Of a stretch of DNA of 64,000 nt, positions 25,291 to 38,479 are shown piece after piece. The notes under the pieces were generated by a model. It saw only the letters and a list, made by a program, of their open reading frames with translations. It was not told where the DNA came from and ran no database searches. Position numbers and translations under genes: made by a program. This DNA comes from Octopus bimaculoides (taxonomy: Eukaryota), in the NCBI RefSeq assembly GCF_001194135.2, contig NC_068984.1, forward strand, positions 26,606,177 to 26,670,176, read 5' to 3'. Positions within the stretch are counted from its first letter, which is position 1, and every line of letters starts with the position of its first letter.

Positions 25291-26258
25291 GAGCGCTTTC
25301 TTTGTCTCTATTAATATTGAGAAAACAAACAATACCCGAATTCGATGACAACTTGAAGGAACATGATAAATACAGCTGATAAAGATGAAGTAATTCACAC
25401 AGCCGTTCACGCTCTTAGAATACTTCAACTTTCCAACTACATAAATATGATTTACACACTACATATATGTTTTATATAAGTGGTGGTTTCCCTTCTATCA
25501 AGCTGAGAATTTAGAGAAATTTATTATGAAGGTTTAAGCTTTTGTTTATTAAATTCTTCCCATTTCACTGTTGATTTTTCATTTTCTGCGTTACTAAGAA
25601 ATATAATCATATTAATAGTATTTTTCAATCATTTAAACCTTTTAATAAGGTAAAGGTGAATTAAATAAATTAAAGAAGTCATCATCATAATCGTCACCAT
25701 CATCACCGCCACCACTACCACCATTACCATTATCATCATCATCATCATCATTATCATCTCGTCGTTCTCGTCCCCGCCTTCTCCTCTTCCTCATTCTCCT
25801 CCTCTAATTGCGTATTGTAATAAGACATAATGGCTGTATGATTGACGATCCAGTTGCCTGATAAATGCACCGTGAGTCTGTACCCTATTATGAGCCTTAT
25901 CTAATATTCCATGTGTCTTGCAATGCAAACGTTTCTAACAAGTTCTCTTTGAGATTTCAAGGCTCTGCATTCTGTCCACTGGTTGCAATTTTTAGTGGGA
26001 CACTTTGCCACTTACACAATTACACATTGATTTCAATCGATAGAACAGCTGGAATACTCGTTCGATGGAATTAAGGAATGAATTCACCATTTACATTATA
26101 AACCTTTTCACTGAATCACAATAATGTCTGTAATAGGGTGCCGACTCATATTACATAAGGTAAGGCTTAGACTGATATCTTTCCAGTAATTGTGTTCCTG
26201 GCACAGTACAGAATATTGTTGTAAAATCTTGTGTGAATTAGAATTGATACATTATACC

Positions 26259-26418
26259 GGCATGAGTAGTTAAGAAGCTCGTTTTGGAACCAAATGGTTT
26301 CGGGTTCAGTCCCTCTGCGCAACACCTTGAGCGTCTTCTACCATAGCTCCGGGCTGACTAATGACTTGTGAGTGAATTTGGTGGATGAAAACCGCGTGGA
26401 AGACCGTTGTACACACAC

Positions 26419-26479
<61 letters not shown>

Positions 26480-26835
26480 CCTGTCTGTCTCTCTGTCTGT
26501 CTGTCTGTCAACGAAAATAATAGATACATGCAGTTAAGCACTACGTACATTGCCAAAGCATGTATGTACGTACGTATGTATGTATGTATGTATGTTTGTA
26601 TGTATATGTGTGTGTTTGTGTGTCTTTGTGCTTATCCCCCTACCATCATTTGACGACCGGCGTTGGTTTGCTTACGTCCTTGTAATCTTGCAGCTCGGCA
26701 AGAAGAAACCAATAGAATAGTTTCTAGACTTAAAAAAGAAAATAAGTTCGGGAGTTAAATTTTTCGACTAAATCCTTCGAGACACTGTCCCAGAATGGTC
26801 GCAGTCAGTCTGATGACTGAAGCAAGTCAAAAGTG
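26259..26835 (+). mobile_element. Full-length SINE family C: head, (TATC)n/(ATGT)n interior, tail
   Basis: Head at about 26259-26410, microsatellites at 26410-26630, tail at 26630-26835. Confidence 0.8.
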
Positions 26836-26999
26836 AAAAAACAAAACAAAGCAAAAAAATAAAAACACGGTATCAAAAGGCATTCTTTACGAACAGAGCC
26901 ATTCTCATCATACTCTGGCTATCTTACGAAAATAGAACCAAAACAAACCTAATGGGACAATATTTTTCGTTTGTTATCGCAAAAATTTTACAATTCTAT

Positions 27000-27135
27000 A
27001 TTTAAGAGATGAGGAATTATGTACAATATTTACATTATTTACATTTGACGGATATATGTCCTCATCTTGTTTGTTCGGCTGATATACCCTCCAGCCTTCA
27101 TCAGGTGTCTTGGGGAAATTTCGAACCTGGGTATT
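27000..27135 (-). mobile_element. Penelope-type terminal remnant with a broken hammerhead core
   Basis: Minus strand: acac-CTGATGA-a-GGCTG-gagggtatat-CAGCC-GAA-caaac. The 5-bp helix II is perfect, but the GAAAC and helix III part is missing. Confidence 0.5.
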
Positions 27136-27156
27136 TTTCAATGTTATTATTATTAT

Positions 27157-27375
27157 ACTCTTTACTCTTTTTACTCTTTTACTTGTTTCAGTCATTTAAC
27201 TGTGGCCATGCTGGAGCACCGCCTTTAGTCGAGCAAATCGACCCCAGGACTTATTCTTTGTAAGCCTAATACTTATTCTATCGGTCTCTTTTACCGAACC
27301 GGTAAGTTTACGGGGACGTAAACACACCAGCATCGTTTGTTAAGCTGTCAAGCAATGTGGGGGGGGGACACAGAC
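27157..27375 (-). mobile_element. SINE family C 3' module with a (CTCTTTTA)-like tail; head probably beyond the gap
   Basis: cttttacttgtttcagtcatttaactgtggccatgctggagcaccgcc.., then (CA)n and a gap. Confidence 0.85.
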
Positions 27376-27626
27376 GCACAAACACACACACACACANNNN
27401 NNNNNNNNNNNNNNNNNNNNNNNNNNNNNNNNNNNNNNNNNNNNNNNNNNNNNNNNNNNNNNNNNNNNNNNNNNNNNNNNNNNNNNNNNNNNNNNNNNNN
27501 NNNNNNNNNNNNNNNNNNNNNNNNNNNNNNNNNNNNNNNNNNNNNNNNNNNNNNNNNNNNNNNNNNNNNNNNNNNNNNNNNNNNNNNNNNNNNNNNNNNN
27601 NNNNNNNNNNNNNNNNNNNNNNNNNN

Positions 27627-27699
<73 letters not shown>

Positions 27700-27729
27700 C
27701 AACGTAGTTACTTGCTTTCTTAACCTTTG

Positions 27730-27965
27730 TTATTTGCCAAAGGTTGGTATCGTTAAAACTATTTTATTTCAAGTCAACTCTCATCGAGTATTTCTATGAT
27801 CAAAGACATTCCAATTGTGAACATCCTCCCTTTATATGCATGAGACCAAGAACCACATTATTCCGTGCGTTCTTTTATCTAAGTCGGTAAAGTGTGCTTT
27901 GAAAAAGATTTAGCTAGTATTTCTAACAGTTTAAGTGTCCATGTAAAGGCTCCTTCATTGGCTCG
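27730..27965 (+). mobile_element. Old dispersed repeat family. Other pieces at about 31720-31960, 32665-32740, 51230-51360, 53800-53995 and 61070-61140
   Basis: Shared degenerate motif gtg(a/c)tttga..(a/g)gattt.gct..tatttcta, often with tcaaag(a)cattc upstream. Class unknown. Confidence 0.5.
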
Positions 27966-28043
27966 TATGAATTTAGATCAATCAAGTACGAGGTGATGAT
28001 GTCGAGTGATGTAAGCAGAAGAAGAAAATGAAACCAAAAACCG

Positions 28044-28274
28044 AGGCGTAGCTGTGTGGTCAAGTAGCTCACTTTACAACTAAAGTAGTTTTGAGTTCAA
28101 CCCCACTGTATGATATCTTGAGCAAGTGTCTTCTACTATAGCCCCGAGTTGACCAATGTTTTGTGAGTGAATTTAATAAACGGAAACAATGAAGAAGCCC
28201 CTCTTATATATATTATATAAGTGTGAGTGTGAATGTATGTGTGTATGAGTGTGATTGTGTGTATATGTGCGTTT

Positions 28275-28334
<60 letters not shown>

Positions 28335-28730
28335 TTATGTTGTGTTCGTCTCTCATCCACCATTTGACAACTATGCGACAAAAGTGACCCCTAATAAGTA
28401 CTGATTTGTTCGACTAAATCAGTGGTTTTCAACTAGCTTTTGTCCATTGATCCATTTGATTCCTATTTTAGTGAAGGGGTGAGACCCTCATAGCCATTCG
28501 ATGTCTAAAACCTCCTATTATATTTATCAAGAATTGTACAAAGAATGTTTAAATATTTTGTGTATTGTATAAATAACCAGCTTATTGCACATACATTTTA
28601 ACTACAAAATCTTCAATGGATACCCAAGGGCCATATGGACTCCGGTTGAGAACTACTGAACTAAACCATCGAAGACGATGCCACAGTACAGCCGTTGACA
28701 AATTCCTGAAGCAAGTACAAAATAAAAGAA
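28044..28730 (+). mobile_element. Full-length SINE family C with a (TG)n interior, tail interrupted by a hAT MITE
   Basis: Head at 28044-28205, (TG)n, then the tail split at gatttgttcgactaaa. Confidence 0.78.
28420..28658. mobile_element. hAT (Charlie-like) MITE, 239 bp
   Basis: TIRs cagtggttttcaact and ggttgagaactactg (12/15 match). 8-bp flanks gactaaat and aactaaac (6/8), consistent with a hAT TSD. Confidence 0.8.
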
Positions 28731-31150
28731 TTGAAGTTTACTAAAACTTAGCCGCAATCTTTAGAAACGCACAAAGTAAAGGGGAGATAATTTCATGAAA
28801 TGAAAACCTAATTAGAAACAGATTAATTTTCATGCTTAATGGAAAATCTAATATCTCTTAGTGAAATGTTACAGAATTTGATAACATCTGACCATTCAAT
28901 TTTCTAATTTGTAAACCTTCTGTTTCGGTCTGAAGCAAACTTTTCTGTAATTCTATCCTTAAGTCGACATTTTCCCTTCAAAAAAAAAAGTGGCCAATAT
29001 ATGTATGTATATATACATACATATATATGCTTGTGTATACATGCATATATATTGTTTATATACATATATTCATATATTACATGTATGAATTTATGTTATG
29101 TGTGTGTATATATATATTTATATATATGTGTGTGTGTGTGTGCGTGTTATGTGTGTGTATATATATGCATACGCAGACACACACACACACACACTCACTC
29201 ACACACTCACACACACGCACACACGCACGTACGCACACACATACACACATACACACACACACACACATACAAACAAACACACACACACAATTATATACAA
29301 TTGATTTCGCATCCTGTCTAGGTAGAAACGTAGAGCTGTTCTAAGAACGATTCTTTGCTGAAATTTCGCGAGTAATAAGAATGTCAAACTTTCAAGTGGA
29401 TTCTAAGAGAGCAACAAACACATCGTAAGGAACACTTAACATCAGAATTAGGATAATAAAATTTCTAATTGGTGTGTTTCACTTTACGAGGAGGGATTAC
29501 ATATGGTGGAGATTAAATAAGCAGATGTGATAATGTAGATTTTGGTATGTGGCGTGGAAGGAGTTGATGGCAAGTTTGGGGTGAGATGGAATAAGGTAGT
29601 TTTTGCAATTATAGTCTTACGTAGGGTTTGGATGGGTGATGTTGATTCTAGAAATATGTTTACGCCATGTTAATGGCACCATTATCCATTTATCTATTTT
29701 TCATTAACACACGCAAAATCTTCATGAAAATATATATAAACATACACAAAGGTGCAAACGCTCCCTACACTCACACACACACTCATACACATACACACAC
29801 ACAAACGCAAATACAGCACACATACACGCACACAAGCCAACAAACAAATGAGGGAATAGAAGCACAAACACATGAAAGAACACAGACACACATACACAAA
29901 CAAATTAAGAAACAGAGGCATAAACATCTGAAAGAGCAGACACACATACATCTCGCAAAACACGAACATGCATGTAAATAGTTCGCACATGAAAACGTAT
30001 ATCTTCCATTTTCTATTTGCTCTCTCCCATTCTTTGTTGCTTTCACATAAGTACATAAAGACATCCCCCACACATAGGCATTATACACACTTAAACGTAT
30101 ATTCTCGCCCTACATACTTAACATTTCTCTCTTTTAAACACTTCCTATTTTTCTTTCATATACACACATCATCTGTCTTATAACTATTTCTTGCACCTCC
30201 TCATTTACTCTCTCTTCCCTTTTCCTTTTTCCTTCTTTTAAGATTATGCTTATTGAAAACATCACTTATTCAGCTCTTCGGAAATAAACATTAAGTGATA
30301 AAAAAAAAAATGACATATGATCTGTCTAATAATAACAACAAACAAAAAACAACACCAACCCACTACCACCTGTAATACTGCAATATATTAATTTGTGGTT
30401 CAGATTGTTATTATAAGCACAAACCAAAGATTTCAGAGGTGGTTAATAATCAATCATATCAAGCTAATAAATGTTTTGTCGACTAAAATATAGTGAAAGG
30501 CTAAATCTACATCAATGGGATTAGACCTAAAGCGTCATAAGTATATGTCTAAAGGAAGACTGTCTGTCAGTCTACAGCTCTCTTATTCATTTCTTATTGC
30601 GGTTATACCTCGTTTGTAGTTTTTTAATTCGCCACCATCTTTCAGTTTAGAGTCTGATCAAATTAGTTTTCTGTTTCCATTTGCACTAGAATTCTGTTTT
30701 GCTTGATTCCGTTCTCAGACGAAGAGGACATTTCCCCCCTTTAATATTTAACTATATTAAGCTGTATTTACTTGATTGCAATTTTTAGTCTTACGCGCAA
30801 GTCAATGTTCTTCGTATTTTAAGTCAGTTGGTATTTTGTTGTACTGTTCTCCATATCAGTGTAGTGTACAATCACTGGAGTTCTCTAGATGATTGATACA
30901 ATATTTTAAATGTGCTGAAACCTGAAAGGTTCTGGATCCTACTGCTGACGAGAGTTGTTTCTACATCTGTTTGTCCTTTTCTGTACGCGTTTTCAACGAC
31001 ATCTTACTCTTATTTACGCATATATTTCTAGCACTCACATTCCTCTTCCCTTCCTTCTTCTCTCCTTCTGTCTGTCTGTCTCTGTTTCTGTCTCTTTCTC
31101 ATATAGCATTACGAAGTACATGCAACTCTAGTAATGTAAACATAGCGTTT

Positions 31151-31576
31151 GTGTTTTGTTTATGCACCCATAAACATTATGAATAGCGTCCGGAGAAAGT
31201 TCCTTACACAACGCGGAGTGTTAAAGAACACTGAATGTCCCAGATCAGGTGAGACAACTCGCCCTGAACGTCTGAGAATGGTAGATATCGATATTTCGCT
31301 ATTATTATGGCTTATCAATACCATATACACAAATCGCTTCGAAACGAAGTGAATCGCTGGTCTGTGACTTATACACATCTAGAGTGAAGTCTAAATGCTG
31401 ACGCGAAAGAAATTGTATTACGAATTACAAGCAGCTCTAGTATCTATCATTTTCGGTCGTTCGAGGAGAGTTGTCACGCCTGGCCTGAGATATTCGGTGA
31501 ACTTTAACACTCGGTGTCGTAAAGGAAGCTTTCCCCGGACGCTATCCGGCAGCAAATGTGCGTATAAACAAAACAT
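31151..31576. repeat. Long imperfect inverted repeat (arms about 31151-31287 and 31441-31576), probably an old MITE or foldback
   Basis: atagcgtccgg.gaaag.ttcctt, gagtgttaaag..cac.gaat, gacaactc.cc..gaacg and aatg.tagata all recur in reverse complement in the right arm. Confidence 0.75.
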
Positions 31577-33789
31577 ATGCATTTTGCTATTGCTTTTATT
31601 TATCTCCATGACAAAAATGGTCAAGCAGATTTATGCTGAAAAAAATTCCAGTCTTGACCATCCTGTTGTCGATATATTATTTACACTTACTACAAAATTT
31701 AAACCTTTTTTCCCCCTCTTTTTAAGAAACCGGGATGTGATTTGAAGAAGACTCAGCTGATATTTCTCGCTTGTTGAATTACCCTGTAAAGGCGAGTCAA
31801 CGAAGAAGCTTTTAAGCGTGGTCTGCTAAAATAGCTGCCAAATCTCTTTCAAATCACAGTCTACCATCTTAAAAATAAGACACATTGGTTAATATGATCG
31901 TGGGTTCTCAGCACTGAGATGAGTTGTCATGAATGGAATAACTTTGATCTTAGATTTGTTCAGTCACAATTAACTTGGGGCTAAATAACAAGAACAATAA
32001 CAAGAATCATATAAAAGCCCTCCCGCTGTCTCGTGAGGCTCCCAGTTATCCTAAGATAGAGATAACGACTGCAGTAAATCTTGATATAATCGTTGAAATT
32101 CTGTACCACGTCTTAATGGATGCCCAGATATTTTGCACGATTTACGAAACGAGAGATTTTATCAGATTTCCCAAACATACCATGGTTATACAAGAAGTGT
32201 TGGAAATATTTATGAGAATAGTATGATTTCAGTGTTTGATTCACTGAGATTAATGAGATATGAATCCATCAATCTTTTCATCCGACTGAGTCATTCGGAT
32301 ACTTTATTAGCTTGCACGTCATTAAGGAAAATGTTGGAATATTAGAAAAACTCTTGTCGCCATCTTCATAACCAATGAAATGAAAGCCAAACAGAATAAA
32401 ACCATTCAGAATAATAAATAAATAAAGCATATCTCAAAACGGAAGTTTGAGAAACTTGTGATGACTTGCTGTGAGTATGCATTACAAAAATAAAATATTT
32501 CCAAGGAAAATCCACGTCATCAAAATCCGTATTGAGAATATGCAATAAGTTTTTTGCAGTACGGTTCCACATCGTTTCTGATTTATCGGCTTTATGGTAT
32601 GCAGGTAGGGAGTTGAACGAATGAAGGTTCTCCAAAGAGTTAGTTTTCACATTTACTCATTCATTTTTAAGATGGTTGTGTTAAATTAGAAGGAAATTTG
32701 GCAGCCAATCCTAATAGATCAGGAGAACTCATAGAGACTACATAGTTAGTTTGATTTAATGGGAAAAAACTGTAGTGACCTCAAAGATTAAAGGAAGTAC
32801 ATTAAGTATGTCAATGATATCAAATATTTGTTATAAATTTGAGGCATACGTTTTAATACTTAGCTTGATTATTTTATATCACATTGATGACGTCTGAGAG
32901 ATAGAAACATGTTCATAGTTGTCTCATGTCTGTAAATATTTTCTTTCTCTAATTATGTAAATTAACTGTGAAAGATTAATTTTCTTATTTCTTGAGTTTC
33001 TCATGGGAGTCGCTAAAAATTTCCATTAGATTTTTGTCGCCTTCCAAAGGAGAGAAATTTCGAAAAATTAAGATATTCTTGAACGGTATTCAGTACACCA
33101 CTCTTCGACTTAATTATCAAACTTCATGACTTTAGTATATTTCAGTTATTTCTTTTAACTCACTTTTATATTAATTTCTAATGTTTAAATTATTGCTATG
33201 CTTCTTTTATTGAATTAATTATCAACGCACAGACGATTAAAACTAAAATATTCACTTAGCTGCATCAAGGGAACTAGTTTCATCTATGTATGATATATTT
33301 CTGCAATTAAGAAACTTTAATTTTAGGAGAGTATTTTGAGAAGTTGTTTTTTCATAGCCTCTTTGTTCAAATCAGACATCAGCTTTGCTAAGAGACCAAA
33401 CCATTCTACTATATATAAGAATTGGCTAGACAAAAAGATACTGTAATGACAGAATTAATCAGGTTGGCAGTATTTCTTGTCTGACACAGTATAATTAGAA
33501 GTAGCGTTTGGATACTAATTCGCAACAGAGTAAGAATTGTTAATTATAAATGGGTTTTAGTAACAACGAATCTTGCTAGTACCACACTTAACTATTGATT
33601 CATCGATTCTAATTTTCTTCTTGAAAACTTGAAAAATAATTACAAAAACAAACAAACAAACAGTGTTCTCGTTAATTTTGCGTTAATATTATTACTTAAA
33701 ACTTAAGGATACCAGAGTGATCAATAGATATACAGATTGATGCCTTCATGTTCTGATGCCTTACTCCAATAATATTTCAATTCGACTGA

Positions 33790-34466
33790 GGGGGCGAGCT
33801 GGCAGATACGTTAGTACGCTGGGCGAAATGTTGAGCGGTATTTCGTCTGCCGTTGCGTTCTAAATTCGAATTCCGCCGAGGTCGACTTTGCTTTTCATCC
33901 TTTCGGGGTCAATAAATTAAGTACCAGTTACGCACTGGAGTCGATGTAATCGACTTAATCCCTTTGTCTGTCCTTGTTAGTCCCCGCTATGTTTAGCCCC
34001 TTGTGGGCAATAAAGAAATAAGAAAATTTAGTACGCCGGGCGAAATGCTTAGCGGTGTTTTTTCTGTCTTTACTTTCTGAGTTCAAATTCCACCGAGGTC
34101 GACCTTGCCTTTCATCCTTTCAGGCTCTATAAATTAAGTACCAGTTACGTGATGGGGTCAATCTAATCGACTGGCCCCCTCCCCGCAAAATTTCGGGCCT
34201 TGTGCTTAGAGTAGAAAAGATTCTCTTTTTAAAAAGGCGGCGAGCTGGCAGAATCGTTAGCACGCCGGGCGAAATGCTTAGAGGTATTTCGTCTGTATTT
34301 ACTTTCTGAGTTCAAATTCAATCGAGCTCGACTTTGCCTTTTATTCTTTCGGGGTCGATAAATTAAGTACTAGTTGCGTGCTGGTGTCAATCTAATCAAC
34401 TGTCCCCCGCCAAAAAAAAAAAAAAAAAAAAAAAAATTCAGGCCTTGTGCGTAGAGTAGAAAAGAA
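33790..34466 (+). mobile_element. SINE family A dimer (33790-34221) plus a monomer (34234-34466)
   Basis: Same linker (33961-34020) and same truncated second unit as 6729-7160. Confidence 0.9.
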
Positions 34467-35151
34467 TAATCATATTTTGCCTAGGGCTATGGAGTGTTTA
34501 AACACAATCCTAGATATAGCGACCAAAAAACAATCCCTGGATGTAAAAAATTGGGAATGCTAAGTAGAAAAAAAATATTACAACATTAAAAGCTAGAACA
34601 AAGAAAGCTAAATTCTGTATTTATTTATTTTCAATAATTACGAAAATCACTTCTGATAATTTACAGGGATACACAGGCGCAAACATACTTCATTTAAGTT
34701 GATCAAGTAGGACATTTGTGCGTGCGTGAATGTATTGTGTGAGTAAGAGAAGCAAAAATGTCTCTTACCCACCACTTTAAGCGCTGATATATAAAGCCAC
34801 ATGACTATGTGAAACTAGAAAATTCACCTTATTAATATATTTTTTATTAATTACGTTTCCAGCCTACAGAAATCCAAATGCTTTAACCTTTTTAATAACT
34901 TGAATAATTAGTTATAATTTAATTAAATAGAAAAGACTTAGCATGTATCAAAGCTGACTTAATTATGTCCAACATTCTACTTGAGTGCCTACTCACATGT
35001 ATGTGTGTACCAATGAATGGAATATAGGATTATAAACAAATGTTTGGTCGATTACAACTAGATAAATTAAAAGTATCAGGTGCATTGTAATCTATAAGCA
35101 AATTAGAGTTATCCAAATACAAAGAATTCGGCGACGTAATGATAATAATAA

Positions 35152-35600
35152 GCCTTTCTACTATAGACACAAAGCCTGAAATTTGGTAGCAGGGGACTAG
35201 TCGATTACATCTACCCCAGTGTTTCACTGGTACTTAATTCATTGACTATGAAAGGATGAAAGGCAAAGTTGAACTTGGCGGAATTTGAACTCAGAACGTA
35301 AAGACGGGCGAAATACTGCTAAGCATTTCGCCTGGCGTGCTAACGTTTCTGCCAGCTCACTGCTTTCGTAATGATAATAATAATCCTTTCTACTATAGGC
35401 AAAAAGCCTGAAATTTGTGGGGAGGGGTTAAATCGATTACATCGACCCCAGTACTCAATTGGTACTTAAAATTTATCGACCCCGAAAGGATGAAAGGCAT
35501 AGTCGACATCGGTGGAACTTGAACTCAGAATGTAGCAACGGGAGAAATACCGCTAAGCATTTTTCCCGGTGAGCTAACGATTCTGCCAGCTCACCACCTT
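35152..35600 (-). mobile_element. Two tandem SINE family A copies
   Basis: Family A bodies separated by a taatgataataataat linker. Confidence 0.9.
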
Positions 35601-36004
35601 CGTAATGATGATAATAATAATAATTACAGTAGTAGCAGCGCTAAGCAGTGAGGAGAAATAAACGAACTTTATACTTGTTCAGATATGTTTGTGACATACT
35701 TTAACTTCTAAAAGCAACTTCACTGTAGTATGTCTAGAACATCCTATCTGCTCAATGTCACCTCCTAGCGGACGCCTTGGCGCGTTTCTAGAGCCTTAGC
35801 CTATCTTAGTAGGATATACGGAAGGAATATACCTCTGGGCAGATTATAAAGCAGCAATTTTATCATAGAACAATCGATATTAGTGACTGATTGCGCCCAC
35901 GGACCGCTTGGTCAGTTATGGCAAACCGTAGTGAATTTATATTTAGAAGTTAAAATGTCATAAACATAATTCAACTTATCTAAAGTTCGTTTATAATAAT
36001 ATTT

Positions 36005-36650
36005 GTATCAAATTTTGGCTTAGGTTCTTTCACTTTGAGAATATAGGGCAAGTAGATTACATCGATCCCAGTACTTGATTGGTACCTTAGTTTATCGACC
36101 CCGAAAGGATGAAAAGCAAAGTTAACCTCGGCAGAATTTGAACTCAGATCGTAAACGCCCCGAAAGCATTTTTCCTGACGATTTAACGATTCTGTTAGCT
36201 CAGTAATAATAATAATCATTTTCTTCTACAGGCACAAAGCCTGCAATTTGGGGGAGGGGACAGTCGATTACATCGACACTTGTGTTTCACTGGTACTTAA
36301 TTTATCGACCCCGAAAGGATGAAAGGCATAGTTGACCGTAGCAGAATTTGAACTCAGAACGTAAAGCCGGACGAAATACCGCTAAAGCATTTTCGGCGTG
36401 CTAACGGTTCTGGTAGCTCGTAGCCTTATTGGTTCCAAATTTTTGGCACAAGGCCAGTAATTTCGGTAGAGGGGTTAAGCTAATTATATCGACCCCAGTA
36501 CTCAACTGGTACTCATTTTATCTATCAACCTCGAAAGGATGAAAGGTAAAGTCGACACCAGCAGTATTTGAATTTTGAACGTAAAGTTGGAGGAAATGCT
36601 GATAAGCATTTTTATCTAGCGCGCTAACGATTCTGCCAGCTCGCCGCAGA
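36005..36650 (-). mobile_element. Three tandem SINE family A copies
   Basis: Family A bodies in the same orientation. Confidence 0.87.
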
Positions 36651-37784
36651 AAGGGTAATTTAATGTTCCTTGAGCAAGTTTTTTTCGAGCCATTCACACA
36701 AATACCTGTCCAGATACACTTTCTAGTCTCATAGCTAGTGTTTGTTTAATTTAGAGTCAAAATAACTCTCATTGTCTTTTTTCCATCAGCGTTGCAGACA
36801 GAAATGAAATGCGATGGAATACATGAAATGCAGTAGAATAGAATCTTGCCCGAAATAAAATTTACCACTTATCCTCTCAACACAATGGAGAAACAAAACT
36901 TTTCTACTGACCCTAACGAATCATAAAAGAATTTATAAACCCAACAAATGTTGGTTTATAGTTAAATAGATGCGCTGGCTTCCTGTTCGTTTATAGCAGA
37001 AAGGGTTCACTTATTGAATATTGGTTTGTAGTTGAAAGGATTATGTCATTGGCTTTTGCTTAATAACTGAAAGAATAAACTGAGTATATGTTAGTTTATA
37101 ACAGAAAAAAAAATGAACTTATTGAATGTTGCATTGTAGCTGGAAGGATTAGGGTATTGGCTGTTGGTTTAAAATTGAAAGGATTAAGTTATTACCTGTT
37201 AGTTTATTTTACAGCTGAAAAGATTAATTTAAAAGATGATAGTTTGTAGCTGAAAGCTATGACTTATTCTAATGTTTGAATATATATCTATATCAACCGT
37301 TTTGTTCGTCCCTTTGAAACCAACGTGATATTCTGTGTTGGTACTGCATGGCGTCGAAAACATTAGCAGACATTTGCTGCTGCTGTTTTTGAAAATTGCT
37401 AATTACAAATGAAGCTAAAATGAAGAAACATTTAATCAAAGAAAACGATAAACAACAGTAACAATGGATTCAGTTTCTAATACAAATTAATGAACAATTT
37501 TTTCAATTCAATAGATTTACCAACGGAAAATAAAATGACGTTACAAATTGGAGAAAAAGATTTCATTAAAAAAGTGAAATACTGTACAGTGATCATTGTT
37601 GTTGTAGCATGCAAAACAATTTTTTGTCCTTTTACTTCTTTGGAAACCCTGCTGGACGACAAACACAATCTGTTAAAAGAAAAAACGAACTCAATACAGT
37701 ATATGATCATCCACATAACATATCTATATTGCTATTGTTATATTTAACCATGAAACGTTATATGGTTTGTAATAATAATAATCC

Positions 37785-38245
37785 TTTCTATTAAAGGCAC
37801 AAGGCATGAAATCATGGGAAGGGGGCTAGTCGATTACATCGATTTCACTACTTAACTTAGTGCTTATTTCATTGACCCCGAAAGGATGCAAGGTAAAGTC
37901 GACCTCGACGGAACTTGAACCGAAAACTTGAAGACGGACGAAGTGCCGCTAAGAAATTTGCCCGACGTGCTAACGATTCTGCCAGCTCACCGCTTTGATA
38001 ATGATGATGATTATGATGATAATAATTGTAGTAAAGGGTTCAAATGTTGGCATAAGGCCACCAATTTCAGGGGAGTGGGTAAGTCGATTGCATCGATGCC
38101 ACTACTCAACTGGTACTTATTTTATCAATATCGAAATGATGAAAAACAAAGTCGACCTCGGCGGCATTTGAACTTAGAGAACGTAAAGACGGACAAAATG
38201 CTGCTAGCATTTTTCCCGGCGTACTAACAATTTTGCCAGCCCGTC
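37785..38245 (-). mobile_element. Two tandem SINE family A copies
   Basis: Family A bodies with AAT/GAT linkers. Confidence 0.87.
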
Positions 38246-38248
38246 ACT

Positions 38249-38318
<70 letters not shown>

Positions 38319-38479
38319 CGACGACGAGGACGTTGTTGTTGTTGACGATGATAGTGATGATAATAATACTAATAATAATTACTCCGAGACCATAACGTAC
38401 TGAATTAACTCCTTGCAGTGTTCGGTCTTCCACAAGACGAGAATGGCCTCTTTAGGATTGGTTGGCAGCTCCTATAGAT

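Noticed and set aside
32355-32525. Promoter-like cluster (YY1 cgccatctt, ETS cggaagt, CRE-like ccacgtca)
   Set aside because: These short motifs are expected by chance, and there is no CpG enrichment or linked gene.
32885-32925. TTGATGA...GAAACATGTTC hammerhead-like segment
   Set aside because: The core C is mutated and helix II does not close.
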